Positions 53,210 to 64,000 of a DNA stretch of 64,000 nucleotides are shown one piece after another. The DNA lies in contig OZ024743.1 of NCBI GenBank assembly GCA_964016885.1, positions 356,066,001 through 356,130,000 of the forward strand. Reading direction: 5' to 3'. This DNA is from Eledone cirrhosa. Taxonomy: Eukaryota. The first letter of the stretch is position 1; the number at the start of each line of letters is the position of its first letter. The notes under the pieces are model-generated. The model made no database searches, was not told the DNA's origin, and worked only from the letters and a program-made list of their open reading frames with translations. Both the position numbers and the translations under genes were made by a program.

Positions 53210-54553
53210 GTTTATATCATTCCAGGCAGATGTACTGGTGAGGCTGCATGAGAGGTGAGTTCACTACATAGACAACAATGTAATGACAAACCAATGTAGG
53301 TAGGTGCCTTTTGAGTAGGAGTTAAAGGGAATCAATCTGGCAACAACAACAATCTTCACTACTTGTATCCTACTCCATGTTACCACCACCACACCAGTAC
53401 CAGGTCAATATTAACTTACAACACCAAGGGTTGATGTCTCCTTGCTGTATTCCACTCCATGTCACCATCTCACAATTACCCTCATAGGGTTATTATAAAC
53501 TTGCAGTATGCCACTCTATAGCACCATAACATGTACACCAACACTATCATCACCACCATTAAATATCAAGTCAACTTGCTTTATGCCACTCTATACCATC
53601 TATACAACCACCAACACCAGCTCTACACTTCATCTTTTCAAGAGAGCTGAAAGCTGAAACAATACAATATACAAGATAGATAATATTTACTGCATGAAAT
53701 AGCTTTTAAAAATCCCTGTGGGGAAACACTTGAGGAAATAAACTTCAACAGACCATACAGCAACACATGGAAGCTAATCAATGATCTCTAGCCATTATTG
53801 ATCAGACATCATTGATTCTTGATCCTTATGCCACACACACACATTGCCCCCACCCCATTTCTCTGCCATTCACCCACTTTCACCTTTCAACGGTTCTTAC
53901 TACCTTCCTCTCCTTATTTCTCACACCATCACTTTCACATTTCACTTATTTTTCATCAGTTTCTAGATTTTCATTTTCCTATGAAAACTTCTCTCAATAC
54001 ACACACACATAAAGTGAAACAGACATGCACATGACACATATGTGCACACAGTAACATGTGTATTAAAGAAATAGAACCAGATCAATAGACACAAACACAC
54101 ACATGTACACAAACACAAGCAGACACATGCATACACACAGAAGCACATGAATACAAAAAGAGGGACTGAGACAATGTACAGAAACACTAACCCTAACTAC
54201 ATTAACTAAGTATTCTTGAAAAGCACAAAATAGTCTATAACAAGCATTACATTAAAAATTAAAGTCTTTTCTCAAACTAAAAATGTTTACAATCCATCTG
54301 TCCAATAGTAAAGATGCTATAAACATTTGAATTAACCAAGTCATTTTGAGATATTTTCTACTAGATATTTTCTACAACCCATCTCTTTCTTTCTCCCTTC
54401 TTTCATGCACTCAGTTTGATTCCCTATATATCACAATAGCAGTTGTTTGACAATCACAGTTCAAGTAAAACATAATAATGACATTAACTAATTAACTTTA
54501 AAAATAGGATATATGACTCAATCTTAACTATATCTAATGCTGCAGTGACTTCA

Positions 54554-54789
54554 TTAACCCTTTAACATTTAAACCAGCCATATCTGGCCAGAAACCTCTT
54601 ACCTCTTTCTGTTCAAAGTGGCCATAACCGTCTGCTCATATATATGTTAAGGTATTTCTCCCAAAATAAATAACATCAAAATCTTGTAGATTCGATATTA
54701 TGGGAAATGATTATGTTTACCATGAAATGAAGTGTTTACCATGAAAATACAATAGTAAATACACAGTAATGTAAATGCTAAAGGGTTAA
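54554..54789 (+). mobile_element. MITE family 1 copy
   Basis: TTAACCCTTTAACATTTA...TAAATGCTAAAGGGTTAA. Confidence 0.9.
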
Positions 54790-54842
54790 GGAAAAATCTG
54801 TATTCAGACTCTCTGAGTGATGCTACTCCAAAGACCACAGGG

Positions 54843-55177
54843 TTTTTGGAGTAACGTCACTTGATAGGGGGTGTAGCTCGGAGATTAGAGGGTCACTCTA
54901 GGCAGAGCAGTTGCTTCTCTGTATTAAGAGATGACAGCTCTGATACTACATAAATATGATTAGAATGCATAAGGAAAGAGTCAATAGATTTTATGGGCTG
55001 ACAACTGGCAGGAGACCCAGAGACCAGACAACAAGCAAAATGATTGGATAACATCCATGAGCTCAGTTGGGCAGGCTTGGGAATCCACCCGAATCAGTTG
55101 CAGGTGGCTGTTTCTGATAGGACCCTCTGAAAGACATGCTAGAGGACTCTGCCACCATCACCCTCATGAAGAGGAGG

Positions 55178-55211
<34 letters not shown>
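54843..55211 (+). mobile_element. RTE LINE 3' fragment with (TAG)n tail
   Basis: Homologous to the reverse complement of 47590-47935 (TTGGATAACATCCATGAGCT; CTGATAGG.CC). Confidence 0.75.
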
Positions 55212-55451
55212 TAAGTGCTGAGGTCAGTATGATCAACTAAATCAAGGCATTGAAACAAGTAAAAGGGTACTTTCATATACATATCTGTGTGTGTGTGTGT
55301 GTGTGTGAGTGTGTGTGTGTGTATGAGTGTGTGCATGCATATGCATGTATGTACATATTTTCCATTTTCTTTTATTTTCATTTGCTATGTCTGAATGCAG
55401 GGGCAGTGCCCATGGCCTTCAGACCCTCTGACACCAAAGCCCTGTACACAC

Positions 55452-55455
<4 letters not shown>

Positions 55456-55525
<70 letters not shown>
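55456..55525. repeat. (TA)n(GA)n microsatellite
   Basis: Direct reading. Confidence 0.95.
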
Positions 55526-55529
<4 letters not shown>

Positions 55530-55642
55530 GAGAGAGGGTGACAGGTAGGCTGATACAACAGTCTTCTAAGATTAATGTGCTGACCATGACTTCAAACTTC
55601 AGACAGGTGGGCTAAGATTTATTAACTTCCTGCAGGGTGAGG

Positions 55643-55644
<2 letters not shown>

Positions 55645-55705
<61 letters not shown>
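55645..55705. repeat. (GT)n microsatellite
   Basis: Direct reading. Confidence 0.95.
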
Positions 55706-55708
<3 letters not shown>

Positions 55709-56998
55709 GAACAGAGAGGCCCTGTACATCGCACCATAACTGCCTGCTTGCCTTCCCTGGTTGCAACTACATTTGTCAGCAAGTCACACCTAACAGTCTT
55801 GCACATTTTCATGTTTGTGTATAAATGTGTTGTTGTTATTGTTATTATTACTATTATTGTTATTGCTAAAACTGACAGCTTCAGTTGTCTCCAATCCTGT
55901 CAACTTGCTGCTGTTATGAGTCACTTTCCATCATGATTTAACACTTTGTACCACGCTGCTGTCCTTCGCAGCATGCGGTCCCATCGGACAGAACACCCCC
56001 TTTCCTAATCTGCAACACATGCATATACATACACACATATATACAAACATTATGCACACAGACACATGCAATAAATTCTTGTCACTGTGTCTGATGGACA
56101 TGGGACTTGATTGGAGACAGGGAGAGGGGAAAATAGACAGATAGGGAGAGAGAGAAAGGAATAGATAGAGAATATAGACGGTGGAGAGAGATAAAAGAGG
56201 CTGAAAATGCCTCCAGGAATCTTTTGAAGGTGATTGTAACACCATAGCATCTACATATATATATATATCATATGTGGGTGTGAGTGGATATGTGTATGTA
56301 TATGTCTGAGTGTGCATGTGTGTGTATATGTGTGCCTATTTGTAAACGTGTGTGTAAGTTTGTGGGTGTATGTGTGTATGTGTGTGTATATATATATGTG
56401 TGTGTGTGCGTAGTTGTGTATGTATATTGGGTTGAAGCAAAAATAATTGTGGTTTTTGTTATTTTATACTCTGATGCCAATTTTGGAACAAACTTTTATT
56501 CAACCCTATTCATGTAATATACCATTTTGAAGAGCAGATTCCTGTCTATTGATTTATGCTAATGGTTTTGCTTTCATTATTTTTATTTATATTTAGCTGT
56601 CAAATTAAAGATGGAAAACAAAACAAAAATGAGAGAATGCAAGTGATTTTTATCGTATGTATTCAAAATGGAAGACAACTATCTGTTGAAGGCAAAACAG
56701 TCGAAACTGCTTGCAATATTAAAACAAGCATTTGGTCAAGGAACAGTCAATGGATGAGCATCTCAAGCTTCATAGAAAAGGCAAGAACCTTGAAGAAGAG
56801 AGAGGTGAAGGACGACATTGTAACTGACAATAGCCAATTGTGAACATGCAGAACTAATGTAGTAACAAGAGTAGCATTTGTTATGTGACTCCTAGCTTTA
56901 GTGGCTCCATGTCACTTTTATTATTTTTAATTTAGGGTCCCATTATAGTATATGCTACAGGCCACTCAGCAACCTAATCCAGCACCAATTGAAAACCA

Positions 56999-57214
56999 TT
57001 AACCCTTTAGCATTTAAACCGGCCATATCTGTCCAGGATTCTCTCACCTCTTTCTGTTCAAACCAGCCATAACTGGCTGCTCATACTTATGTTAAGGTAT
57101 TGTTCTCAAAATAAATGATATCAAAATCTCGTAGATTCGATATTATGTGGGATAAAGCCTTTACTGTGAAAGTACAATAGTAAATATAGAATAATGTAAA
57201 TGCTAAAGGGTTAA
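56999..57214 (+). mobile_element. MITE family 1, best-preserved copy (216 bp including TTAA)
   Basis: Perfect 18-bp terminal inverted repeat TTAACCCTTTAGCATTTA / TAAATGCTAAAGGGTTAA. Confidence 0.92.
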
Positions 57215-57884
57215 GACAACTAGAGATAGGTTGTAGAAGAATTAGCCATTGACAATTCGACAGCTGTTCAACATTTACATCACATTCGTAAGTCAAAATA
57301 GCTCAATAAATGGGTACTGCAGAAGCTGGGAAAAAATGAAAGGGAGGACAAGCATGCACGCACACACACACACACAAAATGCCATTATGAAGTCTATTCG
57401 GTGTTTCTTTCGTACATCAAAAATTAACCATTTGTTGGTTACATTAAAACAGATACAGACAAAGATAAATGACAATGTTCCATGCAGGGGCACAACCAAG
57501 GTACCCCAAAAGAGCCAAAAGTGTTGGCAGTTTGCCAAAAATGCATGAACACTAAAAATTAAGGCAGATACAAGGTAAAAGGAGCTCTTAGTCCATTTGC
57601 AGAGCTGGTAGCATAATAGACTGCTCTCCACTATACAATGCCAAGTGTTTTGTGAGAGGAACGGCATCCAGCTGTATAAAACAGAAAAGAACAAACAGAC
57701 ATGACATTGGGTAGAAAATACTTTTTAGATTTTTCAACATGATATAATAAAATGCAGCTACACTATGCTATAAAGTGGTTTGTAAAAGCCATGCTAGCAA
57801 TACAAACGTACACATCACTAGAGCTGGTCAGTTTTTTGCCTGTTGTGACGTGATGAAGGACTGAGATTTATTGTGCATTTTTGT

Positions 57885-58190
57885 CAAATTAGCATTTAGA
57901 AAGGTATAAGAGGGATGAGATGTAATGTACAAGAAAGAATACTGTGTTGGTATGGACATATGATGTGTTTGGATGATGGCTGCTGGATGAAGTGCCAGAT
58001 GCATGTGAAAGGAAACAGCAGTAGAAAATGACCCAAAAATTGCCAGGCAGAGGTGGCCAGAGCTGATCTCAAAAGCTGAATCTCACAGAAGAGATGAAGA
58101 AATACAAGTGGAGGGAGTCTGTTCTGTGCTAGAAAGTACTGTCCAACTCATGCAAGCACGGAAAAACAAACATAAAATGCTTATGATGGT
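57885..58190 (+). mobile_element. Old RTE LINE 3' fragment
   Basis: TGTGTTGGTATGGACATATGATG (WYGH-M motif), aligns to 36270-36520, ends CATGCAAGCACGGAAAAAC..ATGATG. Confidence 0.7.
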
Positions 58191-58281
58191 GCTTAATATT
58201 CCACATACACACAGTCACTGTGGATGAAATATAGATGGAAACTGCAGAAGACTATTAAGGATGTGTGTATACACATATATA

Positions 58282-58453
58282 TCATCCTCATCATCGTTTA
58301 TCACCCATTTTTCCATGCTTGCATAGGTCAGATGGGTCGTCCACGTCGAGAGACAAGTCTGGCCAAGATTGGCCATACCGTACCTTGCCCTGATGGGACT
58401 GTAAATTTGGCTGGGGTTTTTACAGCTGAATGCCCTTCCTAACACCAACCACA
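58282..58453 (-). mobile_element. SINE-A/RTE-type 3' tail fragment
   Basis: TACAGCTGAATGCCCTTCCTAACACCAACC and TTCCATGCTTGCAT plus (CAT)n. Confidence 0.7.
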
Positions 58454-58844
58454 TTAATATATATATATATATATAATAGAAACTTGTTAGCCAACGGCCT
58501 TCCATAGGAGTTAGAGCTGGATGGTTCTTTGGCTAGTATACATACATATATAAGCTAGATGATTAAGAAAACAGCTCAATTTCCTCCTCGCAACAGACCT
58601 TCATTTAGATTCACATATGATGATGATTGTGTTGTATGGCTACAACATTAATTTGTCAATTCACGTAAAACTAATTCATATAAAACATGCACACACAAGC
58701 ACACACACACACTCAGATTACTACATTATATAGATATATAGTTGGCATGTGTGCTTGTGTCGGTACACATGCATGTGTGTGTGTGTGTCTTCCTCTAATA
58801 CAGACCTTTTTCAGTATGTGTGTGTGTGTGTGTACATATGTAAG

Positions 58845-60162
58845 CCTGATGAAATCAAGGCAAGATGGCATGAACACTTTAACGACCTCCTAAGCTACAC
58901 ATCTCTTGTTAATCCTGATGCAATTGAGGCCGTGGAGCATTAAAAAGCTCGATAATCCTCCCACATTGGAAGAGGTTAAGATTGCAGTAAGACAAATGAA
59001 CACTAGAAAAGCAGTTGGGAAAGATGGTACAGTGATTGAAATAGTTCAATAAGGTGGTTGAAGGATGCAGTTCCACAGGACTGGAAGGATGCCATTCTTG
59101 TCTCCCTTTTCAAGAAGGCACCCAACGATGTTTGTAACAACTACCGTGGGATCTCTTTAATATCAGTTGTTGGCAAAATCTTTGCCTGGATTCTTCTTAA
59201 TCATCTGCTGATGCATGTTGCACTTAAACTGCCAGGATCTCTGTGTGGTTTCTGTCCATATCGGAGCACTGCAGGAAAAGTGTAAGGAGCAATAGTTTGA
59301 TTTGTACAATTGCTTTATTGATCTCATGAAGGCATTTGACACAGTCAATAGGCAGGCCCTTTGGAGTATATACTCTCGAAGCTGTGTTACCCTAAAAAGT
59401 TTACAGGGCTTATATGTTCATTACATGATGACATAAGTCTGTGGGTTTGCTTCAATGTTGATTTCCTAGAACCTTTCTTAGTTGAGACAGGCAATAAAAA
59501 GGATGACATACTCGCTCTGACTTTGTTTGCAATCTTCTTTGTAGTTGTTTCTTTTTAAAAGTATTCTCCAACACTATCGTAGGCATATATATGTCATCAA
59601 ACAACAGGAAGGCTCTTTAACAACCGACGATTCCTCGCTACATCGAAAACATATATTGCACTGATACGGGATCTTCTATATGCAGACAATTGTAATCTTG
59701 TTAACTACATAGAAGAAGACCTTCATCCTGATGGATTGCTTCTTGGCAGCATGTGATGAGTTTGGGCTGACGATCTGCCTGAAAAAGACAGTGGTAATGT
59801 ACCAGCTTGCACTCGGAAAGCCATATATTCTACCATCCATATCTGCCAAAGAGAAAATACTGACGGTTGTGAATAAGTTTGTCTATCTGGGTAGTACTCA
59901 GAACCAGCACCCTTGATGAAGAGCTAAGCTACCAACTGTCTAAAGCTTCTGATGCTTTTGGTAAGCTGGGGAAGCACCTATGGTCAGTCAGATATCAGTG
60001 TGCGCACAAAAGTTGAAATGTATCAAGCATGTTTACCGTCTTCCGGGCTACTAAGCCATAGCAGATGCCATACAGCTTGATTTTAAATGTGGCATCTGTA
60101 CCAAAGTGTCTTATTCTGCAGGTGCACTAACACAGCAACACAAAGCATGCCATGCTAATTAA
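58845..60162 (+). mobile_element. Heavily decayed RTE (BovB-like) LINE: RT region plus C-terminal C2H2-like remnant
   Basis: ARWHEHFNDLL; VPQDWKDAIL..NYRGISLISVVGKIFA; FIDLMKAFDTV; LLYADNC at about 59673-59693; FGLTICLKKT; FVYLGS; FKCGICTK..GALTQ near 60080-60160. Confidence 0.85.
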
Positions 60163-60349
60163 GCTCAAGCAAGCAGGAAACTTACCTGTACACTGTGTTG
60201 TATGATATGTAAGTCACTTCTTGGTTGATGAACCATCTAGGATGGTATCAATGACAGCAACATCATTAACATATTTTTACCAATGTCTATTTTCTTTCTT
60301 TTGTTGTAACACGTGGCCGTACTCAGATACTCACACACAAGTTGGCTTC

Positions 60350-60402
<53 letters not shown>

Positions 60403-60404
<2 letters not shown>

Positions 60405-60690
60405 AAAAAATAGGGAGAAGAATACTGCAGGTTGCACATGGATAACATGTTATAAAATGAGTCCCTCATCAGTGATTTGCCGACGATCATAGATATTTCA
60501 TTGCATTAAAAATCATATACCTCACGTTGGTGCAATAATAACTAAATTAAGTTATTAGGACAATTAAAACGCGTAAAGCGAGTGAGACAAGTAACAACAA
60601 AGAGGAAAGCTAACCGTAGATAGGAAGGGCACAAGCTACATAGTTATTCTGTCAGCATAAGCTGGGTGAATATATGAGCGCGTAGAAAAA
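60403..60690. mobile_element. Unclassified (TA)n-embedded element, related to 33047-33652
   Basis: Shared motifs TCATCAGTGAT and CATATACCTC..GTTGGTGC; flanked by TA/TG microsatellites. Confidence 0.5.
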
Positions 60691-60778
60691 AATATATATA
60701 TGTATATATATATATGTCCCAAGGCTCTGATACCATCAACACTATAAACACAGAACTGGCATATCTAAGAACTGACTA

Positions 60779-60834
60779 ACTGCCTGATGAGGTCATAGCC
60801 ATTCAATGGCTAGCATCGAAATATATATAGCAGT
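60779..60834 (+). ncRNA. Type I hammerhead ribozyme motif (Penelope-like/retrozyme style)
   Basis: Stem I ACTGC (60779-83) pairs GCAGT (60830-34); core CTGATGA (60784-90); stem II GGT-ca-TAGCCA ttcaa TGGCTA-gc-ATC; GAAA (60818-21); palindromic TATATA then TA cleavage site (after 60829). Confidence 0.8.
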
Positions 60835-61037
60835 AAATAAAGGATTATGAGTTCATGCAATTGACTTATGTTTCTTACTATATATATATATATATATATA
60901 TGCATGCATATTTGAATCTATCTATCTAAACCTCTATCAAACTACACACACAATAAAACAGATACACAAATGTATAGGTAGGCATTTATATATAAATATA
61001 AGGCTAAGTGTACATACGTGTGTGTGTGCGTGTGCGT

Positions 61038-61068
<31 letters not shown>

Positions 61069-61417
61069 CATATGGTGATTTCAAGCAATCACAGAAAGCA
61101 GTTCAAAAATGAGTGAAGCTTAAACAGCTAATCCTGTGACAACAGTGCTAACTTTGATGCAAAAACAATAGCAATGGTGGTGGACAGTCATGTAGGCAGA
61201 CAGCATGGTTAGCCTGACATTTAACTGTTAATAGAGAGGATGCTCTAGGTGCCACATCTTCCCTGGAACCAGAACAGCAGAGAGAAAGATGAAGGTCATT
61301 AACCCTTTTCATACCAAACTGCCTAAAATCGGTCTTTATTCTATAATAGAAAAATGTCTACTTTGAAGTGTTTATAATTATCTGAAAATGTTCTGCTATA
61401 ATTTTATCTAAGAACCT

Positions 61418-61634
61418 TTAACTCTTTGCATCCTGTACCACCCAAAACTGCATTAACCAAACATACTTCAAAAGTACCAAACAGCACAATGACTGCATCA
61501 CATTAAAAATTAAAATTAAGTACAAATTTTCACAATAATCTCTCCACTAATAAAAATATATATATATATATATTATAAACATTTGAATTAGCAAAACTGT
61601 TTCTAGATATTTTCTGCTAAATTATTAGAGTTAA
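61418..61634. mobile_element. Third TTAA-flanked MITE family
   Basis: TTAACTCT...AGAGTTAA. The empty site AAGAACCTTTTAAGTTATG is seen at about 46309-46327; internal homology to 54200-54372. Confidence 0.65.
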
Positions 61635-61661
61635 GTTATGTTCCAAACACCAACTTAATAA

Positions 61662-61794
61662 TTGTTTCTACTTTTGGCACAAGGCCAGCAATTACCCCAG
61701 TGCATTACTGGTGTTTTATTTTATCGCCCCATTACGGATGAAAGGCAAACTTAACCTCAGCAGGATTTGAACTCAGATCATAAAGAGCCGTAAC
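61662..61794 (-). mobile_element. 5'-truncated SINE-B
   Basis: Same core as 44401-44570; TAATAAT on both flanks. Confidence 0.8.
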
Positions 61795-62120
61795 TAATAA
61801 TGAGAAAGTTACATATATTCCAAGAATGAAGCAGCAACAACCGTTTCGAAAACCATCCTATGTCAGTGGCTGTAAAGATGGCAGTAAACATCTGCCCCAT
61901 CCTGTGAAGAAATGCCTGTTATACAAGTGTCAAATAAATAGAAACACATGCTACAGGGTGGTTGGTTGTTTTAAGGTTTTAGGCAGCAGTCAGCGACAGA
62001 GATGAAATGATCTGACTCATGTTATATCAGGAAATTGATTATCACAGCTCTCAATGCTCCGTTATATTTTTTCCTTCCGTTTTCCTAATGAATCCTGTAG
62101 AATGGCAATATGTGTATGTG

Positions 62121-62127
<7 letters not shown>

Positions 62128-62178
<51 letters not shown>
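62128..62178. repeat. (TA)n microsatellite
   Basis: Direct reading. Confidence 0.95.
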
Positions 62179-62181
<3 letters not shown>

Positions 62182-62386
62182 AAGAAAGAATAAAATACCA
62201 AATAACAGAAACAGAAACACAACAGCATTTGTCATACATGATGGTTCCGAGCAAACTTAGATGTAGTAAAAGGTTACTTAGCAATACAAACAGAAAAAAA
62301 GTCAATTGAAAATAAACAAAACAACATATTTATTTAGATCTAGAGAGAGTGAGGGGGTATGTGTGTATGTGTGTGTCTGTGTGTGT

Positions 62387-62435
<49 letters not shown>

Positions 62436-62828
62436 CACTAAAACTTACATTCTAACTCAGCCTCAACTTTCAGTGTTATGCAATACAACTGCATTACATA
62501 TAAATGTATCAATAATTTATTTTCATTGTTTCTTTCTTTCCCACATATATCTCAAGGTAGGTAAACCTCTTTCCACTCCACCCCACCCCAAAGATACAAA
62601 AAGAAATGAGTTGGTTGTCCTCATATCACCCAATAAAAACCAACAGTTTTCTTTAGCGTCAGCCCCACAATATCTCTAAGGTGACACCAGCCTCCTGGGG
62701 GTTTATTGTTGAGGTTTTTCTCCATGTTAACAAGGATTGGATGGTTCTGTTAATTTTTAGTTTAAACGTTGAGAATGGGCTAATGAATGAAGGTTGCAGA
62801 TTACATGTGAATAGGCTAATGGCATGCT

Positions 62829-63305
62829 TTAACCATTTCACGGCTGCATTTTTAATGAAACATTTTATTTCAATAAATTAATGAACAATTTTATGGGGTT
62901 TATTAAAACTATTAATTATTTCATTACTAAGATAGGAACTTAACAAATGTTTTTTATAGTATTTGGGGGGATTTTGATTTTAATAGGTGTGCCTTTGGTT
63001 CATGGAATCGGAGCTGGTTTTGGCCAAGCTGATATAAATAGGGTTAAACTAGTTTATGATTTAGTAGTCCCAAACCTTTTCATTGCCAAGGAGCCTGTTT
63101 ATTCAACAAGATTTCAGTTTGGAAACAACTATAAAAGATTCATTTTAAGTATTGTTTCTAACGTAGGAAATGGTGGTTATTATTATTTATGTTCTTACAA
63201 AAAATTATGATGGTAGGTTTTAGGATAAATACAAACTCTTCAAAATATAGTTTCATATCACAGAACCAGAGTAATTTTCAAGTGGTTTGGTATCAAACGA
63301 GTTAA
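62829..63305. mobile_element. MITE family 2 copy with internal insertion(s), including a hAT-TIR-like fragment near 63062
   Basis: TTAACCATTT...GGTTTGGTATCAAACGAGTTAA; aligns to both halves of 28509-29824. Confidence 0.6.
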
Positions 63306-63557
63306 TAAACAAAGAAAACTACAGCATATTAAGTAAATATTCCATGTTCTTAGCAAATATTAGTGAATATGTTTCCTTGGTGGATGACAAGGAAGATTCA
63401 CTGAAACAGCTAGTCCACCTAGTGGAACTCATTCTTGTGAATGGTCATCTTCATCTCAATCAATGAGGGTAGAGAAGCAGTTCAAGAATTTAGGACACCA
63501 GATGTTTCCACCAGCATTTAGTTAAATCATAAACCTATTGGACAGCAATCTATAAAG

Positions 63558-63810
63558 CAGTTGGTGATGATAGGAAGAGCATCCAGCCATAGAAAACTCG
63601 CAAAACAAAGGATCAAAAGGACTCTTCAGTAATGTTAAAAGTCATGACAACCTACTTTGTTTATCATGACAACCTAGTATCACGATAAAACAGACTCAAT
63701 GTACTCCATAAAGTGCAGAAACGGAGGTAAATGAAAATGTAATGACTCTGTCTGTGACGACCAATCTAACCATTGCTAACAGGAGAAGCAAAGGTTAAAT
63801 GATGATGATT
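63558..63810 (+). mobile_element. Decayed SINE-A/RTE-type 3' tail
   Basis: GTTGGTGATGATAGGAAGAGCATCCAGCCATAGAAA...TGCTAACAGGAGAAGC..TTAAATGATGATGAT. Confidence 0.6.
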
Positions 63811-64000
63811 ATAGCAGAAGTTAGTGTATTAGTTTGCAATTTTCAGCCTGTTCGCTAATAGAGCTGGTGTCTGATGCTGATTTCACTAGGTGGCCACCAA
63901 AGAAAGTAATGCTGCAAGTCACATCGCAATAGGATACTTGTCTCTTCATAAACAGACAATTTGGCTTATGAAAAGGCAATCCCTCTTTGAATAAGGGGCA

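Larger units (their letters stand above)
61299..61815. mobile_element. MITE family 2 copy carrying two nested insertions
   Basis: TTAACCCTTTTCATACCAAAC start; host sequence rejoins across 61418-61634 and 61662-61794. Confidence 0.65.

Noticed and set aside
60420-60480. Minus-strand CTGATGA motifs at about 60466, 33062 and 45401, and CTGTTGA..GAAA at about 56682, as further hammerheads
   Set aside because: No properly placed GAAA, stem II and stem I could be assembled, or the core is mutated.
38012-63210. Numerous 60-130 aa ORFs in the ORF track
   Set aside because: They derive from microsatellites, antisense strands of LINE/SINE copies or AT-rich chance frames; no recognisable domains.

Overview
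Eukaryotic, AT-rich, repeat-saturated genomic DNA. The repeat families and microsatellite density suggest a coleoid cephalopod, probably Octopus; this is recognition by eye, not a database search. Bases 1-28110 are one G/T-rich minisatellite with unit ATG(GTG)n[GAG]GGTGACAATG(G/C)TAACTGTG(T/A)A, about 30-50 bp. It is organised into multi-kb higher-order repeats around an older, heterogeneous core. The long low-complexity ORFs across it follow from its triplet structure and are not credible genes. Bases 28.1-64 kb contain no recognisable host gene. They hold decayed non-LTR retrotransposons (an L1/Tx1 3' end, several RTE-clade LINEs, one with three C-terminal C2H2 fingers), at least two tRNA-derived SINE families, TTAA-flanked piggyBac-type MITEs, hAT MITEs with 8-bp TSDs, two long inverted repeats, a second C/A-rich minisatellite and many microsatellites. 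The most notable items are a complete type I hammerhead ribozyme motif at 60779-60834, a 151-bp near-perfect hairpin at 31007-31319, a LINE/SINE pair sharing about 280 bp of 3' sequence, and a recurrent retro-insertion hotspot inside one MITE family.
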